NCBI GenBank assembly: GCA_013265495.1
Contig: MU058781.1
Span: 11,017,009-11,081,008, forward strand
Direction: 5' to 3'
Source of the DNA: Vicugna vicugna
Taxonomy: Eukaryota
DNA: 64,000 nucleotides
Numbering within the stretch: position 1 is the first letter of the stretch; each line of letters starts with the position of its first letter. Shown here piece by piece: positions 39,270 through 51,052 of the stretch. The notes beneath the pieces were generated by a model. The model saw only the letters and a program-made list of their open reading frames with translations. It did no database searches and was not told where the DNA came from. A program made the position numbers and the translations under genes.

Positions 39270-39980
39270 TTTCTCAAAGCCATCACTTCTCCCCAGACCA
39301 CTGACACCCCCAATTCTAACCCCTGTTCTCTCCAGAAGGTCTTCCCATATCTAGTTTCACCCTCTCCCAACTTCCACTTAGTGATGCATAATGATTGTTC
39401 TAAACAACAAATCTGATAATATGATTGCTCTATTTAAAACCATAGCACAGGTTCCTATTGTTAAGATATAGGACAAACTCCTTAAGGTGACTTAGAAGGC
39501 CGAACATGACCTGGCCTCTCCTTTGGTCCCAAACTATCCCTCCCACTGTGTTCCCACAAGCACCCATGTCCCCATGTTCCAGCGACATTGAATTTCAAGA
39601 CCTGGAGCATCCTCCTCTCTTCTATCTCTGGATCTTCCTATCTGCTGTGCCCTTGGGCTGAATCAATGACTGTTGCATCTCTGTCTAATTAAGTCTGATT
39701 CACTCATTCCAGGTTGGATGCAGTTTCCTCTGGGAAGCTTGTCCTGATTTCAAGGCCTGAGTGACGGACTCAACAGCACTGGCTGGCATCTGCCGCAGCC
39801 CTGATCACACACTCATTTGTAATATGCTCTGACTGCTTGTCTGGTGGTCATGGCCATAATTTCTGAATTCGACAAACCCAGGCACTGGGTTTGTGTGGTT
39901 CACAGATACATCTCCAGCACATGGAATAAAATCTGCACACAGTACATGTACAGTCAATATCTACTGAATATATAAAAGAA
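39270..39980 (+). mobile_element. L2 LINE 3' remnant
   Basis: AAATCTGATAATATGA...CAAACTCCTTA...CATGACCTGGCC...GTCAATATCTACTGAAT. Confidence 0.7.
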
Positions 39981-40149
39981 AACAAGAAGCTTTGAGTAAG
40001 TATAATACACTTCATATGCTAATGCTAAGTAAATTAAAGAAAGATAGTAACACTTGTGTAAAACCTTAACTATTTTTTCTTATTTTGTGTGTATGTGCAA
40101 ATCTCTGAGCCTTGTGAGATTCGGGGGTTGACAGCAAGTGTTAGTTTGC

Positions 40150-40910
40150 AAACTTAGGACTTACCCCAGGTGATATTTTAAACTGGCCCCCATACATGGA
40201 GGCAAGGAGAAACAGAAGAAGGAGGCAGACCATTCCAGATGGGTAGATGGCAAGTTTAATAAGCAAAGGGAGTCACATGTGAGGCTCGTCTGGGTGGCTG
40301 CAAGAACAGCAGATCTCCATGCAACCCCCACTCAGAATCTTAAAAGTTTATATATGTTTGTGATCATTTGTAGCACAGCAATAGAATACTAATATAGAGT
40401 GACAGCCAATATAATAAAAATAAGACACCCTCTCCATTTATTATGTTCTACTATGTATTAGAGTATAAAATGATACTGGAATTGAGCATTCCCTTCTATA
40501 ACTCCTTTAATGATTTATGATTGTAACATACTGTACTGCCTTATTATAAGTCATATTAATGTTTACTACTGTCCTATTCATTATCATCTAATAATGCTTA
40601 CTATCATTATCATGCCTTAATTAAAGTATCTAAGAAAGGAAAAAAAAAGTTTATATAGAGATCTTAACTGGGTTCAGTCATATATTCAGTCCAGATGTTG
40701 ATTCAGTTAACAACATATCACTCTATCAAGACCATGTCCTTGAAAACAGCTCCCACTCTGGGAATGGTGGCCAGAATGTACATTCCAAGGATGAGGGAGG
40801 GAGTCAACTTGCAGTCACATCCTCTTGATGACCTCCTCCAACAGCAAGCCATGAACACTGGGAGATCTGCAACTTGCCTAAGTCTTCGTGCAAGGTCTTC
40901 CTAGACAATC
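40150..40910 (-). mobile_element. Old LTR-like element interrupted by the 40355-40644 insertion
   Basis: Reverse-strand poly(A) signal (TTTAAT at ~40255) and TATA-like element (TTTATATA). The sequence reads continuously across the TSD. Family not identified. Confidence 0.55.
40355..40644 (+). mobile_element. L1-mediated insertion of non-L1 sequence (short retrocopy or orphan 3' transduction)
   Basis: A 13-bp TSD AAAAGTTTATATA at 40342-40354 and 40645-40657, a TT|AAAA target site, and ATTAAA at 40620-40625 followed by a short A tail. Confidence 0.8.
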
Positions 40911-41807
40911 CAGCCTGAGATGCTCTACACTGCACCAGGCCACCCATCACCCCATTACTGCATGTGGGGGGAAAAATCTGACTTCTAGCAAAGAAAAGAG
41001 CCTCAAGGGATACTTGCATGCAACATTTAGAGAGCAAAAGAAGTCATCACACAATCTATGATTATCTTTAGAAAAATTTTAGGATGTTAATTGTTTTCCA
41101 TTTTCTTCAAATTCTTGGAAGAAAAAAAAATCACATTTAGGGGCAATTTCATTTGTCCATTTCAATTTTTTAGTGGGAATATATTAAGCTGACAGGAAAA
41201 AAAGACTCTAAAAAGAAAGAACCATTTTCATGATACTATGTAGCATAGCATCAATCAAAGGGAAAAGCAGGGAAGAGGCCAGATGAGGTAGAAGAGGGAA
41301 TCTGGCCAACAAGAGAGCCCAACTCATCTGTTTCTCTGCTCTCTTGAACTTGTTATTGCTGAGACCTTGACTCAGAAAAGTGCCACCCACACCCAGCAGC
41401 TACTAAGAAGCCCTGAATAATTACCTGTCAGAAAGAATGAGAGAGAGAGAATGAAGGGGAGAGAAAGAGAGAGAGAGAGAACCACAGCCAGTCTTCCCTA
41501 ACTAACTCCAAGGGAACCAACCCAATGGTAAGAGTTTGAAGAGCATGCAGTGGAAACAGCCCTTTCTCATCTGTCCTCCTTACAAAATAGTCCACAATGT
41601 TTCTTAGTAGCAAGACATTAAGCACCCACTGCCTTCCTGGCTGTGTGTTTTGTGTAGTCCAGGATTTAAGGAAAGTATATTAGGCAGAGCCTCTGCCCTT
41701 AGAGAATTTCAGATTTCATCAGAAAGCAAACACACACAGGAAAAAGAAAGGTACACTATGGACAGACAGCTTTGCCGAAAACAAGGATATTGAAGTCCAA
41801 CTTGCCA

Positions 41808-42490
41808 AACCACAATGAAATATCATTTCACAACCACTAGCAGGGCTAAAATAAAAATGGCGCAAAACATCCAAAGGCACTCTCTAACACTGCTGGTGGG
41901 ATTGTAAAATGGTGCAACCACTTTGGAAATCTGTTTGGCAGTTTCTGATAAAACTAAACATACACTTGACCCAATGAGTCCACAGTAGTACACAAAAGAA
42001 ATAAAAATATATGCCCACCAAAAGACTTGTATGAGAATGTTTATAGCATCTTCACTCATAGCAGCCAAAACTGGAAACAACCACAAATGTCCACCAATAG
42101 GAGAATGGAGAAGTAAATTGTGGTATATCTCTACAATGGAACACTACTAGTGATTAAAAATAGTATCCATTGATATATGAATAAATCTCAAAATATTATG
42201 TTGAGTGAAAGAAACCAAACACAAAGGAGTATATATTGTATGAGTTCATGCATATGAAGCCCAATACAGGAAAAATGAATACACTGTGATGGAAATCAGA
42301 AGGCTGTGGAGAGTGCAAATTACCAAAAGTGTGCAGAGAACTTTCTGAGGGGGATGGAAATTTTACATATCTTATTTTAGGTGGTAACTATATAAGTGTA
42401 TATAATTGTCAAATTCATCAAACTTCAGTCTTAAATCTGGGTGTTATTTCCTGGCAATTATTTCTCAATTTAAAAAGAAGAAAAAAATTT
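41808..42490 (+). mobile_element. Old L1 (L1M-type) 3' end
   Basis: TGCTGGTGGGATTGTAAAATGGTGCAACCACTTTGGAAA; TAGCAGCCAAAACTGGAAACAACC. Confidence 0.85.
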
Positions 42491-42979
42491 AATTTGCCAA
42501 TTTGGCAAAAGTAGCCCTATTCAGAGTTCTCAGATTTTCCTGGTCTCTATAACTTGACCGTCAAGAGGTCCTTCCTTCTTAAAGCTTTTGTACACCCCGG
42601 GCCTCCCAGAAGAGGGACTTCTCAACATCTCCAGGCTTTGAGGACAGATATGGTGTTTGGAGAAAACAAAAATTATTATCCCATCTTACAATAAGGAAAC
42701 AAGCTCAGAGAGGTTAAGCAACTCTCCCAGTGTCACCCAGCTGGTGAATGACAGAACCAACACAATGCCAAACTACCTGTCTTTAAAGTTTATGCTCTTT
42801 TCAATACTCCTATGACATCATTCTATAGGGTAGACTTCTCAAAAATTCAGTATCAAGATTCTGCTTCTGGTATACCAAGAGAAACAGGAAATTTTATGAC
42901 CCACAGAATTTCTCAGGGAAGGGGAGTTAATACTTATTAACAGGGAGAGAGAGATTTATTCAAGAATAAGGAAAAGCAA

Positions 42980-43650
42980 ACCTTTGAAATGTATCTAACA
43001 AACAAATCTGAGCCTCCAAAAGACATAAAGACTCCTACAATTCAATGAAGAAAATGTTAAAAATCCCTATAAGAATGGCTAAAAGATAAGAAATAGTAAT
43101 TTACAGAAAAAATAAAAAGCCAAAAAAATGCTCAGTCTTGTTAACAATTATAGAATCACAAAGTAAATAATAAAATTTTGTCCATATATTTGTCAAATGT
43201 TTTTAAAGATTGTAATATCCTATACCAGCAAAAATGTGGAAGTATTCATATATATAGTGTAAGACAGTTAAATTGGTACATTCTTTTGAGAAAACAATTT
43301 GACAGTATTGATCAAAATATAAAACACAAATTCTCTCCAACTCACTATCCCACCTTCATTTTACAGAAATACTAACACAAATCCACTAAGATATATGTAC
43401 AAGGACTGTCATTAAAGCATTGTTTGCAATGAGAACAATGAGAAGCAATAAAAATGCCTTTAAAGAAGGAACTGATTAAATATGACACTAAACCATATAG
43501 TAAAATACTATGCAACTATTAAAAAGAATAAAGTGATCTTAAAGTAGCAAAGAAAGGGCTACACATGGGAAGCTGTCCAAGATAAATAACTAAGCAGAAA
43601 AAGCAAGTTGCACAGAACACATGTAAAATGTTGTCATTTTTATTTTAGAG
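42980..43650 (+). mobile_element. Very old L1 3' remnant
   Basis: ATAAAGACTCCTACAATTCAAT; AAATTGGTACA...TTTGACAGTAT; AATACTATGCAACTATTAAAAAGAAT. Confidence 0.65.
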
Positions 43651-46600
43651 CAAAGTAGGTAGGAGCTGAACTATGCTCTTGGCAATGATTTCTTATTCAC
43701 TAGAATTTCAGGGACTGAATAAGATTATGTATTTGAGCATAGTAGGAACTCAAATACTGTTTGAAATTTAATTTCAGAAATGCTAATGTAAGCAACCAGC
43801 AAAGAGGGCAGATGCTGATTCTTGCCTGGAATCCTAGGAGCTGAAGCAAGGTCCCACCCTGATAACTCATAAAGATATAAATAACAGCAGTGGTTTTTGT
43901 TTCTTTAGCACATCAGGGCTTATGAAGTACTTTCACATGTATTCCCTCATTTAATTTAATACCATCATTAATTTCCTGAGGTTGGCATTGTCATCCTCAT
44001 GTTGTGACAAGGAAATCTTTATATAGTTTAAATGAATAACATGTCAACTCTAGAAAGACAGAGATCAAATCTGATCAATTTCCCCACAGGATCCCAGGCT
44101 CCCATCACAGTACATCACAAAAAGGACAGGGCAGGGAGGGGGGCTCAAAAATTTATTTGGTGAGTATGTGAATGAATGTGTGAGTGAAAGCAAATCTGCC
44201 CTCAGGCCTTCCGTTTGTAGACAGAACCTCTTTCACTCAATTCCACCACTGCCAGGAGGTAGGAAGGCAGGAGGTGATCACTACGAGGCAAGAAGATCTC
44301 AAGAACGGAACCCAAAATGTACAGCAGCCTCACCCCCATCTCCTAGAGCAGGGAGAGCCAGGTTCTCTAGGGCAGAAGCAATGGCATCTAGTTCTGAGCG
44401 CCTCTGCAATGCAGACTAAGGAATGCCAGCAGATCCCAGCAGGGCAATCTCTGGAGCGGTGCAACTTCTGAGTTCTAGCTCCCTCATACTCCCTGCTGTC
44501 TCTCGCATCAAAACCTGGTGGAGTGCTGCAGAGACCTGACGTCATATCTCTGCACCGCCCCTCCCTTCCTTCATGGACTGAGGCAAATCATGTAACTTCT
44601 CTGAGCTTCTTTGCTCATCTGCAAAAGAGAGATGCTAATAGTTGCTACCCAGCAGGTATCTGAAGGATTAATGGGATGATGTAGGTAAAGTATAGCATCT
44701 GATACCTGGCAAACACTCAATAGTTTGCTATTAGTTTCTAATTATGACATGGTAGGGAAAACATATAAAGTATGGCCACAAAAAATCTGCAGAGAACACA
44801 TTAAGCAAAGGTGTATGTGTACAAAAGTGTGTGTGTGCATGTGTGTACATTCATGTGTGTGTCTATGTGGGTCTAAGGAGAGTGGAGAGTCTGGGTCCTG
44901 AGCAGAGGTGACTTAGTGTTTTGGTAACAGGGAAAAGGCTATTTCAAAGAAACTCTCTGAAGAGTGAGGTTCTCAAACTGTGTTACTGCCCTTTTGGAAA
45001 ACCATTAAGACAATTCCCAGGTCCGGACTAAAGGTTGGAGTCGCCCCAGGCATCTCTCCCCTGCCTGAGCGGCCTCTCTAACATTCTTTCACACACGGGT
45101 AAAATCCGGGCTCTTTTAAAAAGAAGGCATTCTAATTGGAAGCTTGCTGTTTCATCATTCAGCCCCCTAAGGAGTGCTGTTTTGCTACCTGATTACTGTA
45201 AAGAATGAAAGTGATGCCATAATTTGCTGTGCTTTTGTGACCCAATCACATTTGTTAATCAAAAGCCTCTATTTCAACCTGGTACCAAAGTACCAAAGTC
45301 CTTCAAATTGAAAATGCCTCCTTTAGCAATTTTGCTTAGTCTACAAACACCAGGGAAATGAAAAGAAATAGCTTTTCTGTTATCACTCTCATCTCCCACC
45401 AAAGATTCTTCACATTCCCGTTGTTAGTAGAGCAGCACCAATCACAGGACTCAGCTGTATCTTTCCCACTGGCAATGTTGCCCTGATACTCTAAGCAGGC
45501 TACACAGGAGGGACAGAGCCTGGGCTGGGCTCTTTCTCACTGAAACCATCTAACACAAGATCTTAAGCTATTGAGTGGCACAGGCAACAAAGAGGAAGAA
45601 AGACTTCCCAGAACAATAATGTGTCTCCTCAACTCCACATCAGCCCTTTCTCAAAAACTGAGCATTTCCCCAGCAAAACTGCCTGTGCTTTCTGTTCCAG
45701 GACTATAGAATTAGCACAAGTACAATAGGCTAGGAACATTAAACATTGCATAAATTGCCTGATTGGACTCTTACTGTTGCCAAGTTTTTGGCTGAGCTTC
45801 CTTGGAATTTAAGATGTGTCCAAGTGGGCAAGATGCATATTCCCTCCCTGTCCTCTTCCTTCCTTGCCCAAGCCCTCCACCCCCAAAACTCCAACACCAT
45901 GAGGTGGGAATTCACAGGCATGAGAATCTGCAGCTTTGCTCTCCTCCCTCAGTGCCCCTCCCACTCTAGGCAAGCCACAGCCTCCTTTCCACTCCAGAGG
46001 AATCTGGCCACAGGACAAGGCTATTGCTAAGGGGACAGGACATGATCATTCTACAAGAGACACACTATGGCAATAACTCTTAATAAGTAGCTTCAAACTA
46101 TGCACCTTTCTAATATGTAGGGATTTCTAATACAATCTGTAGTCATTTTAACTTTTCACAAGTAACCTACTATATGCTTTAATCCCAGACTAGTGATTCT
46201 CAAATTGGGAATAGTCAAAGTAATTACCGAGTATAAATCCTGATTTTCTTATAGCTCTTACCACTCTTTGTGGTTTTATGTACATGTATTGTTTTATGTA
46301 CATGTATGGTTTTCTGTACCACATCATAAGCTCTTAAATTCAAGGTCATGATTTATTTAACTTTGTATCTTCCCAGTTTGTATCTTACATGGTACATGCT
46401 CAATATAGTCAATTTTTTTTAAAAGACTGTCAAAGCTTAATCTGAACCTCTTCAGCCCAAGAGTGGGACAGGATGGAGGGACATGTAGAGAGAAGTACAG
46501 GAATAATCAGGATACACTTACAGTGTGGCAGTTGGAGCAGTTTAGGGAATGCCTCCCATGTGAGGTGACCCTTTAATTGAGCCTTGAAAGATGACTATGA

Positions 46601-49034
46601 TTTCATCAAATGAGCCAGGGAATGATAAAAGAACCAATACAAGATGGTGTGCAAGTAAGTCTTTTGAAAACTATCATTAGCTTGGTGTAGCTGGAGTGTA
46701 AAATGGGGAGAGGACCCAGTGTAAACTTGCAAAAAGTTGAAAAGCATTTTTCCAGATTAGCCCTTCACCAATAATGAGCACGATCATTGTACTGTGGTCT
46801 GTTCCTCACTTTCAATCAAACTAGTCTTTCTCTCATTCAGCAAACACACTGAGTATCTACAGAAATTGGGGCATTTTGTTAAGATTCAATATCTGCCTCA
46901 GTTCCACTCCTAGAGGGGGTCATCCATTGCTTTGAAAATGTTATAAAGATGTTCTATGTAGTTTGCCTTAGCTTTGATCTTATTGGACAAGCTAGAGATT
47001 GCATCTTCAATTCCTTACTATCTTCCAACACAATCTGCATAAACATTTTATAGACTGTTGTTTAATAAATGCTTTTGAATTGAGTTAAGCTAACCTCAAG
47101 GGGAAGGACAGTAGAAGGAAGAGGGCTAACAGGCAGAAAGAATAAATGCAAAACAAGAAGACCTAGAAAGGAAAATATTAGCGCAAGGAAGGAAATCATT
47201 AGAACTGAGAATAAAGGAAAATTAATTGAAGGATATTAAAGAGCATAGAACCTGAAGTCTAGAAGGAATGGATCTTAGGTTTTGATAGATTTCTAGAGGC
47301 CACCACTTAAGGATACCTAAATTCTGAAGAACGATAAAGAGGCATCTAACATTCTCTCCAATGCTGAGGTTCTAGGCAGCATACAGCAATATGACTTTGA
47401 CTCATATTTGCCTAGGCAACTGTAAGGCTATTTAAATACCCCCCAAAGATATAGCCCTTGTGCCCATGTTTTGAGCCGTCTGGCAAAAGGTGGAATGGTA
47501 GTTACAGCAGCTGAAATAACTCCTCAGTACTGGGTAAGTTAGGTTGATAGAATTTCAGAGCATTTTTAAAAAACACAATATGCTTTCTTCTTTATTTAAA
47601 AATACAGTGTTCACGTTCTGAGCCTGTGGTATCAGAGGACCTTGTCTGGATTGCATTATGTACCCACATTCCTTATTTCTAACAGGCCAAGTTATCAGCA
47701 CTGTTTCTAACTTGTGCAAATCAAACTGCTCTTCAAATCTGCTGCTTCCTGATGGAAGAAACATTCCTCCAAAGTCCCATTTCTCCATCATGGTCTTGGT
47801 GCTCATTTGGGAATCACTATAGTAACACATAACTCTCCTGTACTGTTGTTATTATATCAGGTTCAAGTGGACCTTGGGCAAAAGATGACTAATGACAACC
47901 CCTCCTCCTTCAGTGTGGCATAAACAAATCAGACACACCAGGAAGCAGTGGAAATAGAAGTAGACTATGAATCAGGAGGCATGAGTCTTAAAGTGCTGTC
48001 TCTAGCTAGTGATGAACTCTTGCAGAAGTCCCTTGAGGCATCATTGATGATCTCTTTAAAATGTGTCTCCATTAAACTTTAACATTCTTGACTCTTGGCT
48101 AGTCTCTCCAAATCTAACTGAATTGCTGTTTATCATGAAATTGGTTTTACATTTTAATTGCTGCAGTATTTTGGAGAATAAAGTATTCTACCCAGGTATT
48201 TGGACACCTGCTTAGAAAAAAAAAAGCAACTTATGCTTATTTGTCTCCATGACAGCAATTTAAAACAGAGGAAGCCTTTGGCACCAATTTCTCTGAAACT
48301 TAGACAAGCCACTTTATATAAGCTCTGCCATGCAGTTAGATGGAATTTTTTAGGGCTTGTGCATGTAACTGGCAAAGCTGGAGATAAGATAAGCTAAGAG
48401 AAAGAAGCTACAGCATACACTTAGTCATTTTACACTATAAAATTATGCTTCTTCCATTTCTTCAAGAACTCAAAGCATTCATTAGACTCTCAGGTTATAC
48501 TATCAAGCAGAACTCAGAATGGAAGAAATCTTTAGTCACTTACTCCCTACAAGGTGGGGACATCATCAAGTTTTTTGAGCCACTCTACTAATCTTGTAAA
48601 GTAGTATAAATATGCTAATATTGGTATTGGTGGTATTTATATTTGCCACAACAGAAAAAAAAGGAGGTTGTCCACCTTTGACTCAGAGAACATAAAACTT
48701 CAGAAGGCAGCTATCATCATGATTGCCAAGGATTTACTCAGCTTGTGTTAGGCGCAAGAGTTATAAAAACTTGAGAAGTTTCAAATGTAATTGGAAGAGG
48801 TAGGATATACATAGAAAAAAATAAATAAATAAGAACCCAGAAGTAAAACCTCTCAGATATCTATAGCTGTAGCGGTCCACGTGAGCATTTCACCAGTCTC
48901 ATCTCTGAATTTCTTCCCTGTAGTCCCAAGTTTAAAAATCTCCCTTATGTTTCAAGTTCCAGACCATTGATAATACTTTTCTCAAAGCCTTCCTAGATCT
49001 ATCTCATTTATCCACATATCGGAAGTAATTTCTA

Positions 49035-51052
49035 TCTTGAAATAAACAAACATGGAAACACACTATAACAAAACCTACGGAATGCAGCAAAAGCAGTTCT
49101 AGGAAAGAAGTTTATAGTGATAAATGCTTACATTAAGAAAAAACATACAAACAACCTAATTTTATATCTCAGGAATCAGATAAAGAATAACAAAATAAGA
49201 CCAAAGTTAGCAGAAGGAAGGAAATAAAGATCACAGCAGAAATAAATGAAATAGAGTCCAGAAAAACAACAGAAAAGGTCAACAAAACTAAGAGCTGGCT
49301 TTTGAAAAGATAAACAAAATGGACAAAACTTTACCTAGACTAACCAAGAAGAAAAGAGAGAAGACTCAAATAAGTAAAATCAGAAATTTAAAAGGAGATA
49401 TTATGACTAACACAACAAAAATATAAGGATCTTAAGAGACTACCATAAATAATTATAAGTCAACCAATTAGACAACCTAGAAGTAATGGATAAATTCAAG
49501 AAACATAAAAACCTACCAAAACTGAATTATGAAGAAATAGAAAATCAGAACAGACTAATATGAGTAAGAATTTGAATTAGTATTCAAAAACTTCCCAACA
49601 AAGTCCATGACCAAATGGTTTCACAGGTGAATTCTACCAAACTTTAAAGAATTAATACCAATCCTTCTCAAATAGGTCCAAAAAAATTGAAAAGAACATT
49701 CCCAAATGATGTTTGTGCTTTGGTATCAGGGTAATGCTGAACCCCTATCTCTCACTGTTCACAAAAATTAATTCCAAATGGATTAAAGATTTAAACATAA
49801 GACATGAAACTGTAAATCTCCAGAAGAAAACATAGGGAAAAACTTCTTGACCTTGGTCTTGGCAATAAGTTACTGCATATGACACCAAAGCACAAACAAC
49901 AAAAGCGAAAATAAACCATAAACCATGTGGGACTACATTAAACTAAAAAGCTTCTGCACAGCAAAAAAAAAAAAAAAAGAGGGGGGATGAAATTATTTGC
50001 AAATCACGTATCTGATAAAGGGTTAATATCAAAAATATATAAGAACTCTTACAACAAAGTAGCAAAACAAACAAATTAAAAACTAAAAAATGGAAAAAGA
50101 ACTTAAGTAGACATTTTCATAAAGACATACAAATTACCAACAGGTATATGAAAAAGTGCTTGACATCACTAACCAACAAAGAAATACAAATCAAAACTAC
50201 AATGAGATACTACCTCACACTGTCAGAATGGCTATAATCAAAAAGGACCCAAATAACAAGCATTGGTGAGACTGTGGAGAAAAGTACCACTTGTGCACTG
50301 TTGGTGGGAAAGTAAATTGGTTCAACCACTATGGAAAACAGTGTGGAGCATCCTCAAAAAAAAAAAAAAAAACCACTATCACATGATCCAGCGATTCCAC
50401 TCCTGGGTTATATCCAAAGAAAATGAAAACAGGATCTTGAAGAACTATTTCCATCCCCATGTTCACTGAAGCATTATTCAAAGTACTCAAGATATGGAAA
50501 CAACCTAAGTGTCCATCAATGGATGAATGGATATAGATAAAATGTATATATACACATTGGAATATTACTCAGCCATTAAAAAAGGAAATCCAGCCATTGT
50601 GACAGCACAGATGGACCTCGAGGGCATTATGCTAAGTGGAATAAGTCAGATAAAAACAAATACTGTATGATCTCACTTATATATGGAATCTAAAACAGTC
50701 AAACTCATACAGCGAGTAAAGCGGTTGTTGCCAGGGGCTGGGGAATAGGGAAATGGGGGAGATGATGGTCGAAAGTTACAAACTTCATCTGATAAGATGA
50801 ATAAGTTCTAGAGATTTAATGTACCAGAATGGTACTTATAGTTAATAATATGGTATTACATTGTATATGTATATTGAAAGTTGCTAAGAAAGTAGATATT
50901 AAATGTTCTCACCAGAAAAAGAAATGGTAATTATGTGAAGTGATGGAGATGTTAGCTAATGCTATGGTGTAATCATTTTGCAATACCTAAGTATATATAA
51001 ATCAACACACTGTACGCCTTAAACTTACACAATATTATATGTCAATTATATC
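49035..51052 (+). mobile_element. L1 (ORF2 part to 3' UTR) with a large internal deletion and an inverted patch at 49710-49740
   Basis: CAAAACCTACGGAATGCAGCAAAAGCAGT...GGTGAATTCTACCAAAC, then a jump to CCCTATCTC...AAATGGATTAAAGA, continuing to the L1 3' UTR (TATATGTCAATTATATCT). Confidence 0.92.
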
